A DNA stretch of 56,442 nucleotides from Patescibacteria group bacterium (GTDB lineage: Bacteria > Patescibacteriota > Minisyncoccia > RBG-13-40-8-A), in NCBI GenBank assembly GCA_018897295.1, contig JAHILA010000018.1, positions 1 to 56,442 on the forward strand, written 5' to 3'. The notes beneath the pieces are model-generated. The model was not told the origin of the DNA and searched no databases. It worked only from the letters and a program-made list of their open reading frames with translations. Below, one piece after another: positions 9,100 through 18,057 of this stretch; the first letter of the stretch is position 1, and every line of letters begins with the position of its first letter. Made by a program: the position numbers and the translations under genes.

Positions 9100-9183
9100 G
9101 CCGCTGTGGTGAAATTGGCAAACACGCAGCACTCAAAATGCTGTGAGCGCAAGCTCTTGACGGTTCAACTCCGTCCAGCGGCA
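9100..9183 (+). tRNA. tRNA-Leu (anticodon CAA)
   Basis: Manual cloverleaf: acceptor GCCGCUG/CAGCGGC, 3-bp D stem GUG/CAC, anticodon stem CAGCA/UGCUG with loop CUCAAAA, long variable arm, T arm GACGG-UUCAACU-CCGUC, discriminator A. CCA is not encoded. Confidence 0.9.
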
Positions 9184-9193
9184 CTAGAAGACT

Positions 9194-9230
9194 CCCTGCC
9201 CGCCATTGCAAGCAAGGCGTTGCAGGCGGG
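9194..9230. repeat. GC-rich palindromic element, family B copy 1 (intergenic, just 3' of tRNA-Leu)
   Basis: ccctgcccgccattgcaagcaaggcgttgcaggcggg. About 30/36 identical to 36711-36746 inside ileS. Confidence 0.7.
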
Positions 9231-9247
9231 CCTCCCCGGGCACAAAA

Positions 9248-9277
9248 AATAATCCCGATAAATCGGGATTATTTTTT
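9248..9277. terminator. bidirectional rho-independent terminator between tRNA-Leu and purN
   Basis: aataatcccgat-aa-atcgggattatt perfect 12-bp stem, flanked by an A-run (5') and a T-run (3'). Confidence 0.65.
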
Positions 9278-9290
9278 ATTCTCTAAAATT

Positions 9291-9911
9291 TTATTTTTCA
9301 ATCTTCACCTTTCTTCCCTCAATTTTTAGCTTATCCTCACAAAATAATTTAACTGCTTCGGGAAGCGCCTGATGTTCAATTTCAAGTCCACGCTCTTTAA
9401 AAGATTCCAAAGTGTCGTTTTCTTTAATTGGATTTATTTTTTGGATAATTATCGGGCCAGTATCAACTCCCTCATCAACAAAATGCACTGTGCATCCGCC
9501 AACCTTACACCCGTAATTAAACGTATCGCCATAGCCGTCTGTTCCCGGAAATGCCGGTAAAAGCGCTGGATGTATATTAATCAATCTGTATTTGTATTTA
9601 TTTACAAAAAGAGGAGTTAGAACACGCATATATCCAGCCAAAACCACTAAATCAACATTATTCTTTTCTAATATATCAATTATTTTTTGTTCATGTTCCT
9701 CGCGCAAAATTCCTTTATGGTCAATAAAGTGTGTTGGGATTCCAGCTTGTTTTGCCCTTTCTAAGCCAAAAGCATCGGATTTATTAGAAATTACTGCAAC
9801 AATGTTTGCATTTATATTTCCTGCTTTTGCCTCATCAATAATCGCCTGCAAGTTTGTGCCGTTGCCTGAAATTAGTATTGCTATATTTTTCATATGATTT
9901 TTATCCTCCAA
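9291..9911 (-). CDS. purN: phosphoribosylglycinamide formyltransferase
   Basis: 206 aa. ILISGNGTNLQAII, INIHPALLPAFPG, GCTVHFVDEGVDTGPII. Confidence 0.8.
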   Translation of the reverse strand: MEDKNHMKNIAILISGNGTNLQAIIDEAKAGNINANIVAVISNKSDAFGLERAKQAGIPTHFIDHKGILREEHEQKIIDILEKNNVDLVVLAGYMRVLTPLFVNKYKYRLINIHPALLPAFPGTDGYGDTFNYGCKVGGCTVHFVDEGVDTGPIIIQKINPIKENDTLESFKERGLEIEHQALPEAVKLFCEDKLKIEGRKVKIEK

Positions 9912-10602
9912 AATAAATATTTTTTATTCTATCATTGTTTAAAATCTCTTTGCCACCAGTTAAAGCAATTTTGCCGTCCTCTAAAACATAAATTCTATTA
10001 GCGATTTCTGCTGCTTGCTTGGCATTTTGCTCAACAATAATTATGGCGATTCCTTCCTTGTTTATTTCAACAATTTTATCAAAAACCTCTTTCATTGCCT
10101 TGGGCGATAAACCCAATGACGGTTCATCTAGTAAAAGCAATTCCGGGTCCTGAATCAACGCACGGCCAATTGCCAACATCTGTTGCTGACCTCCGGATAA
10201 ATTCATAGCATAATCGGCTTGCCTGTTTTTTAAAAATGGAAATTTATTAAAAACATCTTCTATGTTTCTGTTCAGTAATTGATGGTCTTCCATAATATAA
10301 GCGCCCATTTCCAGATTTTCTTTAATCGTTAAAGTGGCAAAAACCTGCCTGCCTTGGGGCACATAATTAACGCCTTCGTGAATTAAATAATGAGTTGGAA
10401 GCTTAGTAATGTCTTTGTCCTTAAAAATAATCTTGCCTGAATAAATTTCGCATAAGTTAAATATGCTCTTTAAAAGAGTTGACTTTCCCGAACCATTGGG
10501 CCCGATAATGGCCACAATTTCTCCGGTTTTCACTTCCAAATCAACATCATGCAACACCTCCATTCCGTCATATCCAGATTTTAGATTTTGGATTTTTAAC
10601 AT
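9901..10602 (-). CDS. livF: branched-chain amino acid ABC transporter ATP-binding protein (LivF type)
   Basis: 233 aa. Walker A GPNGSGKST, signature LSGGQQQML, Walker B LLLLDEPS. Confidence 0.85.
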   Translation of the reverse strand: MLKIQNLKSGYDGMEVLHDVDLEVKTGEIVAIIGPNGSGKSTLLKSIFNLCEIYSGKIIFKDKDITKLPTHYLIHEGVNYVPQGRQVFATLTIKENLEMGAYIMEDHQLLNRNIEDVFNKFPFLKNRQADYAMNLSGGQQQMLAIGRALIQDPELLLLDEPSLGLSPKAMKEVFDKIVEINKEGIAIIIVEQNAKQAAEIANRIYVLEDGKIALTGGKEILNNDRIKNIYFGG

Positions 10603-10679
10603 AATTTATTCCTCATACGGCATTTATCCCGTTAGAAACTTTAGTTTTCTAATGGGACAAACTGACCGCATTAAACGAT

Positions 10680-11804
10680 TTATTGACTCAATTCTATCGG
10701 TTTTCCGTCAACAACTTTTTTAACGATATAGTGTATACCTATAACATCTCCGTTTTTATCAAAACGATAATTACCAATAATCCCCTTATATTCCGGCATA
10801 TTATACAAAAAATCCTTTATGCAGTCCGTATCTTCACTACATCTTTTTATGGCATTTTTTAATATATAAACCGAATCATATCTTGCTCCTATAATATATT
10901 CGTTAGCTGGCTCTCCATATTTTTGTTTATAATTATTTAAAAATTCTACTGCTTGAAGATTATTTTTACTTAATCCCGGCGCATCAGAAAAAATAATTCC
11001 ATTTGCTGCAACTCCCGCAGCATTTAATGCATCATCTCCACTAAATACAATTACACTATATAGAGGTATTTCTACCCCCATCTCTCTAATTTGTTTTGCT
11101 GCTAATCCTCCGGAAATACCAGATTGACAGTTAATAAATATAGCCTCTGGATTTTTTGCTTTTATTTTTAAAATCTGGGTACGATAATCTTTTTCATTGG
11201 GATTATAGGTTTCTTTTACAAGAACATTGCCTCCCAATTTTTGAAATTCCTGCTCAAAGACATTTTCAAGGGTTTGAGAATACTCGGTATTCTCTACTAA
11301 TGAAGCTACTGTTTTTTCTCTTATCATTTTTGCTACATCTCTACCACCATCCAGATCGCTTACCATATTTCTAAACACATAATCTCCTATCTCTGTAATA
11401 TCTGGGCTTGAGGCAAATGAAGAGAATAGTATTACTTTTTCTGCTTGCGTAATAGGCGCGGCGCCAAGAGTCTCTCCGCTACAAGCTCCGCCAAGAATTA
11501 TCTTCACCTTGTCAATATTTATTAATTTTTGAGCCGCTGTTGCGGCTTCCTTTCCATTGCATTTCCCATCTTCATAAATGACCTCTACTTTCTTGCCATT
11601 AATTCCTCCTTTTAAATTTATTTCACTGATGGCTAATTTAACTGCATTTTTTTCTGATTGACCATAAGACGCAACATCCCCAGTTAACGGTCCAATAAAT
11701 CCTATCTTTATCGCCCCCTTTTCTGTGGGCTCATAGAACACGATAATTAAAATAACTATCACTAAAACCACTACACCTAATATGATCTTTGTATTTTTTG
11801 TCAT
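10680..11804 (-). CDS. ABC substrate-binding protein, LivJ/K (type I PBP) family, TM-anchored, paralog 1
   Basis: 374 aa. N-terminal TM then KGAIKIGFIGPLTGDVASYG, typical of Leu/Ile/Val-binding family. Confidence 0.8.
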   Translation of the reverse strand: MTKNTKIILGVVVLVIVILIIVFYEPTEKGAIKIGFIGPLTGDVASYGQSEKNAVKLAISEINLKGGINGKKVEVIYEDGKCNGKEAATAAQKLINIDKVKIILGGACSGETLGAAPITQAEKVILFSSFASSPDITEIGDYVFRNMVSDLDGGRDVAKMIREKTVASLVENTEYSQTLENVFEQEFQKLGGNVLVKETYNPNEKDYRTQILKIKAKNPEAIFINCQSGISGGLAAKQIREMGVEIPLYSVIVFSGDDALNAAGVAANGIIFSDAPGLSKNNLQAVEFLNNYKQKYGEPANEYIIGARYDSVYILKNAIKRCSEDTDCIKDFLYNMPEYKGIIGNYRFDKNGDVIGIHYIVKKVVDGKPIELSQ

Positions 11805-11813
11805 AATTTTTTA

Positions 11814-12926
11814 TTATTTTAACTTTATAACTTTTCCACCTTTTATTATTTTGACAGCTATATTTTTTATAAAATCTCCATTTTTATCAACGCTTAATAG
11901 TCCCGTAACACCCTGCCAGTTTTTTACCTTATATAATTCATCTTTTACGCAATCTATTTTTATAGATTTGCATTTATTTTCTATAATATCAAATAACAAC
12001 ATTAAACTTTCATAGCTCTGGGCAGCAAAAACATTTGGGTCCTCTCCATATTTTATCTTATATCTATCCCAAAATCCCTGATTAATTGAGGGGTCAAAAT
12101 CTACTTCAGTAAAAATAATTCCCTCACTAAGTTCTCCTGCATTATTTAAAAAATCAGGATTATTAACTACTTTATTTGCCACTATCGGTTTCGTTAAACC
12201 CAACTCCTTGGCCTGTTTCAAAAAATTTAAATCACTGTCTATTAGTAAATCGACCATTATAACATCAATTTTATTTTCTTGCTTTTTTAATTTTTCTATA
12301 ACAGTCCTGTAATCCGATTCAGAAAGCACTCCTTCGGCAATAATTTCGGACATGCCTAAATTTGAAGATAGGGTTTCTCTAAAAAATTTTTCACCCTCAA
12401 CAGAGAAGTCATTATCTTTCATAAATACCATGGCTACGTTTTTATAATCATAATTTTCTTTTAAATAACTAAAAAGCACAGTTAATTCTTGTTTTACATC
12501 TGGATGATTTCTAAAAACATAATCTCCGGCATAACTTAACGAAGGGGCCGCGGATCCCGTTGATATAATAATTGATTTCTCTTGCTCTGCTAACGGTGCA
12601 ACTGCCAAAGCACCGGTTGAGCATACCGGGCCAACAATTATTTTTGCACCATTTATATCTACAATTTTTCTATAAGCACTTACAGCATTTTCTCCCAAAC
12701 AAACATCATCTTCAATAATCACTTCTAAATTAATACCTTTCCCCTTAAGTTCTTCTGATGCCAACAAAAAACCATTTTTTGCTCTCTCACCCAAAGCAGC
12801 AGCTTTCCCAGTCAGTGGACCAATAAATCCAATCTTTATCGTCCCTTTTGATGCGGGTTTATAAAATACAGCGACTGCGATGATAATTATTATGACAACT
12901 ATAATCGGAATCCAAATTTTTTTCAT
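11814..12926 (-). CDS. ABC substrate-binding protein, LivJ/K family, paralog 2
   Basis: 370 aa. MKKIWIPIIVVIIIIIAVAVFYKPASKGTIKIGFIGPLTG... Confidence 0.8.
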   Translation of the reverse strand: MKKIWIPIIVVIIIIIAVAVFYKPASKGTIKIGFIGPLTGKAAALGERAKNGFLLASEELKGKGINLEVIIEDDVCLGENAVSAYRKIVDINGAKIIVGPVCSTGALAVAPLAEQEKSIIISTGSAAPSLSYAGDYVFRNHPDVKQELTVLFSYLKENYDYKNVAMVFMKDNDFSVEGEKFFRETLSSNLGMSEIIAEGVLSESDYRTVIEKLKKQENKIDVIMVDLLIDSDLNFLKQAKELGLTKPIVANKVVNNPDFLNNAGELSEGIIFTEVDFDPSINQGFWDRYKIKYGEDPNVFAAQSYESLMLLFDIIENKCKSIKIDCVKDELYKVKNWQGVTGLLSVDKNGDFIKNIAVKIIKGGKVIKLK

Positions 12927-12941
12927 AAGTTCTATATTTAA

Positions 12942-14051
12942 TTAATTACTTTCATACGGCACAAACTGACCGTTTTTGACAGTTTTAATGATAAATTCTT
13001 TGGCAATAATCCTTCCGTTGTCATCAAAAGAAATAGTATTAGAAATCCCCGGAAAGTCCTTTATACTTCTTAAATAGTCTGATATTTCTTCTGGGGTCTG
13101 TTTACCCGCCTTTAATGCCTTAATAATAAGTTGAGCAGAATCATAAGCATATGCAGATGAAGGCGATGGAATAGAGTTAAACATTTTCATATAATCTTCG
13201 GCAAATTTGATTTCTTTGAGGCCAATACTTATATATCCATAAATAGTACCTTCTACTTCGGGATACGCCTGCACAAGGTCTGGAATTTCTGTTCCGGAAC
13301 TAGAATATAATGTTAAATTTAAGTCTAGCTCTTTTGCCTGTTTAGAAAACGCGCCCTGGCTAGGATAAAACGCGAATGTACCATAAATCGCATCTATTTT
13401 TAGTTTTTTAATTTGCAATATAATTGTTTTAAAATCTTTCTCGTCCGGATTAACTGGAAATTCTTTAACTATATTAATATCTTTTAGTTTTACTTGTTCA
13501 ACAAAATTATCTCTTACTAACTGAGAAAAATCATTCAAACTATATATTAAAGCAACATTTTTAATCCCCTTCTTTTGCATGAGACTCACTATTGGTTCAA
13601 CCTCGTGTTTTTCTGTAGGCCAAACATCAAAAAAATATGGGTTCGGTTCAGATACAACCCCCGCAGACGGAGAAATCATTAAAACATTAAATTGTTTCGC
13701 CAACGGACTAGCAAGTTGACCAAACCATGTAGGACCAATAATAATTTTCACCCCATCAATATTTATAAGTTTTTGAATTGCATTAGTTGTTTTGGGAAAA
13801 TCTGTTCCGCCGTCTTCTATTACTAATTCAATTTTTCTTCCATTAAGCTCGTTTTTAGAATTTTCTTCGTTTACAGCCATTAATGCACCGTTCATTTCTC
13901 CTGTGCCCCAAAAAGCTCCTGCGCCGGTTAAATGAAATAATCCACCAATCTTAATCGTCCCTTTTTCTATTGGTTTATAAAATACAGCTATCAATATAAT
14001 AACTACTACTAAAACTACTATACCTAAAATTATTTTTGTTTTTTTGTTCAT
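12942..14051 (-). CDS. ABC substrate-binding protein, LivJ/K family, paralog 3
   Basis: 369 aa. Same architecture. C-terminus ...KNGQFVPYESN. Confidence 0.8.
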   Translation of the reverse strand: MNKKTKIILGIVVLVVVIILIAVFYKPIEKGTIKIGGLFHLTGAGAFWGTGEMNGALMAVNEENSKNELNGRKIELVIEDGGTDFPKTTNAIQKLINIDGVKIIIGPTWFGQLASPLAKQFNVLMISPSAGVVSEPNPYFFDVWPTEKHEVEPIVSLMQKKGIKNVALIYSLNDFSQLVRDNFVEQVKLKDINIVKEFPVNPDEKDFKTIILQIKKLKIDAIYGTFAFYPSQGAFSKQAKELDLNLTLYSSSGTEIPDLVQAYPEVEGTIYGYISIGLKEIKFAEDYMKMFNSIPSPSSAYAYDSAQLIIKALKAGKQTPEEISDYLRSIKDFPGISNTISFDDNGRIIAKEFIIKTVKNGQFVPYESN

Positions 14052-14113
14052 GGATTTTTATTAATTATTAATCTTTTATTTATATTACAGTACTTTCAAA
14101 AAAAATCAAATAA

Positions 14114-14902
14114 TTATTCTCCTAAATATGCCTCCAATACTTTTAAGTTAGTTTTTATTTGGGCTGGATTTCCCTCAGCAATGACTTTACCCTCGTCCAT
14201 CACAATAACTTTATCAGCAATATTTAAAGTAAAATTCATATCGTGCTCAATCAGTAAAATTGTCTCACCGTCTTCTCTTAATTTTAGCAATATTTTGGCG
14301 ATTTCTTGGCGCAGCTTAGGATTTACTCCACCCACTGGTTCGTCCAGCATCAATAATTTATGGGAATTTAAAATAGTTCTTGCTAATTCAACTAATCTTT
14401 TCTGGCCGAAGCTTAAATCTCTGGACAATTTATTGGAAAACTTCTCCATATCAACCATTTCCAGCATTGCTTTTGCTTTCTTTTCCTTGTCCTCCGTAGC
14501 TTTAGCGAAGGAGGATTTGTTCCATATTCCCGCAAGCAAATTTTTCCAGAATTTTTCATCTTCATTGTCTAAAACTATCAAAAGGTTTTCCATAACAGTT
14601 AAATTTCCGAACAATCTGCTTTGCTGAAAAAGACGGGAAATGCCCAAACGAGCAATTTTTTCTGGGTTCAGATTAGTAATATCTATATTGTCTCCGCCCG
14701 AGGCGGATCGGCCCTGGGCCGAAAAAATTATCTTTCCTTTTTCTGGCTTCAAAATACCGGAAATCAGATTAAAAACCGTTGTCTTCCCCGAACCATTGGG
14801 CCCAATCAAAGCAGTAATGGTTTTTTCTTGAACTTCAAAATCGCAGTCATCAACTGCTTTTACCCCGCCGAAATGTTTTTTTAGATTTTTAACTTCTAGC
14901 AT
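14114..14902 (-). CDS. livG: branched-chain amino acid ABC transporter ATP-binding protein (LivG type)
   Basis: 262 aa. Walker A GPNGSGKTT, signature LSFGQKRLV, Walker B LLMLDEPV. Carries two GC-rich inserts. Confidence 0.85.
   Translation of the reverse strand: MLEVKNLKKHFGGVKAVDDCDFEVQEKTITALIGPNGSGKTTVFNLISGILKPEKGKIIFSAQGRSASGGDNIDITNLNPEKIARLGISRLFQQSRLFGNLTVMENLLIVLDNEDEKFWKNLLAGIWNKSSFAKATEDKEKKAKAMLEMVDMEKFSNKLSRDLSFGQKRLVELARTILNSHKLLMLDEPVGGVNPKLRQEIAKILLKLREDGETILLIEHDMNFTLNIADKVIVMDEGKVIAEGNPAQIKTNLKVLEAYLGE
14486..14515. repeat. GC-rich palindromic element, family A copy 1 (inside livG)
   Basis: cttgtcctccgtagctttagcgaaggagga. At least 28/30 identical to copies in argS and (inverted) ileS. 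Confidence 0.75.
14693..14722. repeat. twin GC-rich mini-palindromes inside livG
   Basis: tccgcccgaggcggatcggccctgggccga = ccgcc-cga-ggcgg plus tcggccc-t-gggccga. Encodes SAQGRSASGG, about 10 aa absent from E. coli LivG at this position. Confidence 0.6.
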
Positions 14903-14903
14903 A

Positions 14904-15776
14904 TTATTCTAAATCAAACTTTCCATAAAATCCTCTAGGTTTATAGATTAAAATTAAAAGCAAGAATAGAGCATAAAGAATTTGTCTGGCTGGACCGATA
15001 ATTGATGAGGGAAATCCAATAAATCTTAATGGTTCGGGCAATAAAGTCAAAATTATTGTGGCGATAATCGTTCCTTTTAAAGATGCTAATCCACCGATAA
15101 TCACAATCGCCACAACCGGAATCAACTGCATTAATGTAAAGGACGACGGATCAATAAAAGTAATGTAATGGGCATATAAAGAACCAGCAATGCCAGCAAA
15201 AAACGCAGAAATTCCCAAAGCATAACTTTTCATTTTAAAAGAATTTTTGCCTATTACTCTGGCTGCCAATTCATCGTCCCTGATTGCTTCTAAAACCTTG
15301 CCAAACGGAGATTTAGTGATACGGTTAATAATAAAATAAGAAATTGCGGCAATAATCAGTGTTAAGATTAAAAAACTTAAATTATCGGAAAAAACAAATC
15401 CGAACAAACTCGGTTTAGGAATTCCCGGCAAACCCAATGGCCCACGAGTTAAGCTGGTCCAGTTCAAAGCAACAGCGTAAATCACAAAAGAAAATCCCAA
15501 AGTAGCCAAAGCCAAATAATCACCTTTAATTTTATTCGTTGGAATAGCAAGCAGAAATCCAAAAAGCATTGCTCCAATGCCGGCTAAAATAATACAAATC
15601 CAAAAAGGCCAACCAGCTAAAGCCAGTAAAGCCGAAACATACGCACCAACTGCGTAAAAAGCAATATGGCCAAGATTAAATAATCCGGTAAACCCCACTG
15701 CCAATTGCATCGCAATCGCCAGAATGACATAAATCCCGATTAAGATTAGCAAATGAATTAAATAAGCAGAAAACAT
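14904..15776 (-). CDS. livM: branched-chain amino acid ABC transporter permease (LivM type)
   Basis: 290 aa polytopic membrane protein with LivM-like GLFNLGHIAFYAVGAY motif. Confidence 0.8.
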   Translation of the reverse strand: MFSAYLIHLLILIGIYVILAIAMQLAVGFTGLFNLGHIAFYAVGAYVSALLALAGWPFWICIILAGIGAMLFGFLLAIPTNKIKGDYLALATLGFSFVIYAVALNWTSLTRGPLGLPGIPKPSLFGFVFSDNLSFLILTLIIAAISYFIINRITKSPFGKVLEAIRDDELAARVIGKNSFKMKSYALGISAFFAGIAGSLYAHYITFIDPSSFTLMQLIPVVAIVIIGGLASLKGTIIATIILTLLPEPLRFIGFPSSIIGPARQILYALFLLLILIYKPRGFYGKFDLE

Positions 15777-15785
15777 ATTTATTAT

Positions 15786-16904
15786 TTATTCTTCATACGG
15801 CACAACATGACCATCTTTAATTATAAAAGTTGCCATTTCTGGATTTAATAAATCTCCATTTTCGTCAAAGGTTATATCCCCCGAAACCCCTTCGTAATCT
15901 CTAACTTTATATAACTCATCTTTAACGGCCATACTGTTTACCCCTGCTTTTTTGAGGGCATTAGCTAATATCTTAACCAAGTCATAGGCCTGTGGTGAGC
16001 AGACAATTACCTTGTCAGAACCAGTTTTTTGTAGGAATTTTGACTGAAACTCATTAAGTTTCGCGGATTCAGGAGTGGTTACTTTTACATACATCGCTCC
16101 TTCAACCAAATTACCCAATTCTTGCCACAATCCCGGATTATCCCATAAAGCTCCGCCAATAACCGGTAAGTTAATCCCTAATTCCACCATCTGTCTGAAA
16201 CCAGCTTTAGTATTAGCTGGATCACCTAAAAAGAAAATAATCTCCGCGTCAGTGTCTTTAATTTTTACTAATTGAGTCCTTAAATCAATTGCCTCTTTGC
16301 TAAATCCCTCTTCTATAACTATATCTCCGCCCAATTGATCTAAGGTTTTATTAAATGCCTCTTTTAAACTTAAACCCCAATCGGTTTGAGTATAAAGAAT
16401 AGCCACCTTCTTTAATCCTAATTCATTATAAACAAACTGAGCGGCGTATTTCCCTTGGTCAACATCAGAAGCCATATTTCTAAAAATATAATCTCCGGCA
16501 TTAGTCACTGCCGGATTTGAGCTACAAGGTGATAATAATAACACATTTGACTGTTCGGCAATCGGCGCCACCGGTAAAACTTCATAGGTTATACCAACAA
16601 TCATTATCGGAACCTTATCAATATTGATGAGTTTATTGGCAGCAGTAACTGCTTCATCTCCCTCGGTTTTACTATCTTCATAAATTATCTCTAACATTCT
16701 TCCATTTACTCCACCGATGGAATTAATCTCATCCACAGCTAATTCAATAGCATTCTGCATACCTTCACCAAGAAAACTAACTTGACCGGTCAACGGCAAA
16801 ATCGCTCCAATCTTAATCGTCCCTTTCGGTGCTGGTTTATAGAATACCGCAATTACAATGATAATGATTATGACAACTATAATCGGTATCCAATTTTTTT
16901 TCAT
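15786..16904 (-). CDS. ABC substrate-binding protein, LivJ/K family, paralog 4
   Basis: 372 aa. The first 33 aa are identical to paralog 5 (MKKNWIPIIVVIIIIIVIAVFYKPAPKGTIKIG). Confidence 0.8.
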   Translation of the reverse strand: MKKNWIPIIVVIIIIIVIAVFYKPAPKGTIKIGAILPLTGQVSFLGEGMQNAIELAVDEINSIGGVNGRMLEIIYEDSKTEGDEAVTAANKLINIDKVPIMIVGITYEVLPVAPIAEQSNVLLLSPCSSNPAVTNAGDYIFRNMASDVDQGKYAAQFVYNELGLKKVAILYTQTDWGLSLKEAFNKTLDQLGGDIVIEEGFSKEAIDLRTQLVKIKDTDAEIIFFLGDPANTKAGFRQMVELGINLPVIGGALWDNPGLWQELGNLVEGAMYVKVTTPESAKLNEFQSKFLQKTGSDKVIVCSPQAYDLVKILANALKKAGVNSMAVKDELYKVRDYEGVSGDITFDENGDLLNPEMATFIIKDGHVVPYEE

Positions 16905-16918
16905 AAATTCTTGTTTAA

Positions 16919-18043
16919 TTAATTATTTTCATACGGCACAAACTGGCCGTTTTTGATGGTTTTGAAAGTTATGGGTTTAATTACGTCTCCGTTTTGATCA
17001 AACGTAGTCAACCCTCCAACGCCCGGATAATCTTTAATTTTATATAATTCTTCTTTTATACATATTGTATTTTCTCCACAAGATTTTAAAACTAAAGCAA
17101 TAATTTTTAATGCATCATAAGAATTAGCTGCTAAGGCCTCGCTTTTAACTCCGTAATTCTTCTCATACTGTTTCTGATAATCGGCAATTGCAGGATTATT
17201 AGGATCAAATGCCGGATAAGTATAAATTATTCCATCGCTCAAAGGTGGTTTTACTAAATCAAAAAATTCTTTTGCTTCTATTCCGGTAGAGGCAAATATC
17301 GGTAAATTAATTCCAAACTCTTTTGTCTGTTTTACTATTTCTCCCATTTCCGAAACATAACCAGCCATATAAATTGCATTAGAATTGCTATTTTTTATTT
17401 TGGTTAAAATTGTACGAAAATCTGTTTCTCCTTTTGTATAATGTTCAGCTCCAACAATTTCCCCTTTCAATTCTTCAAATTTTTTGGTAAACCCTGCTTC
17501 ATAACTTAATCCATTTTCAGAATTTACCGCAATAATAAAAGCTTTTTTAATGCCAAGTTCATTAATAACAAACCCAGCCATTTTTTCTCCATGCAAAGTT
17601 CCGCTTTCCCTATTTCGAAAAATATAATCACCGGCATTAGTAATATCGGCACCACTGGCCATTGGAGTAAAAAGTATAACTTTTGCCTTTTCAGCTATTG
17701 GAGCAGCGCCCAGAACAGCATTTGAACTAGCAAAACCAATTATTACTGAAACTTTATCAACATTAATTAATTTAGTTGTCGCTGTTACTGCTTCGTTTGT
17801 TTCGCTTTTACCATCTTCATAGATAATTTCTAATTTTCTCCCTTTAATACCGCCGTTGGAATTGATTTCCTCCAATGCAAGATTTAAGCCATTTTTTAAA
17901 TAATTACCATAAACCGACAATTTTCCTGATAAATCAGCAACAATTCCAATCTTAATCGTCCCTTTTGGCGCTGGTTTATAAAATACCGCAATTACAATGA
18001 TAATGATTATTACAACTATAATCGGTATCCAATTTTTTTTCAT
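16919..18043 (-). CDS. ABC substrate-binding protein, LivJ/K family, paralog 5
   Basis: 374 aa. C-terminus KNGQFVPYENN is identical to paralog 6. Confidence 0.8.
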   Translation of the reverse strand: MKKNWIPIIVVIIIIIVIAVFYKPAPKGTIKIGIVADLSGKLSVYGNYLKNGLNLALEEINSNGGIKGRKLEIIYEDGKSETNEAVTATTKLINVDKVSVIIGFASSNAVLGAAPIAEKAKVILFTPMASGADITNAGDYIFRNRESGTLHGEKMAGFVINELGIKKAFIIAVNSENGLSYEAGFTKKFEELKGEIVGAEHYTKGETDFRTILTKIKNSNSNAIYMAGYVSEMGEIVKQTKEFGINLPIFASTGIEAKEFFDLVKPPLSDGIIYTYPAFDPNNPAIADYQKQYEKNYGVKSEALAANSYDALKIIALVLKSCGENTICIKEELYKIKDYPGVGGLTTFDQNGDVIKPITFKTIKNGQFVPYENN

Positions 18044-18057
18044 AAATTCTTGTTTAA

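Noticed and set aside
9184-9247. Second tRNA or tRNA-like structure after tRNA-Leu
   Set aside because: The GC-rich hairpin has no cloverleaf (no D or T arms). It matches the family B palindromic element instead.
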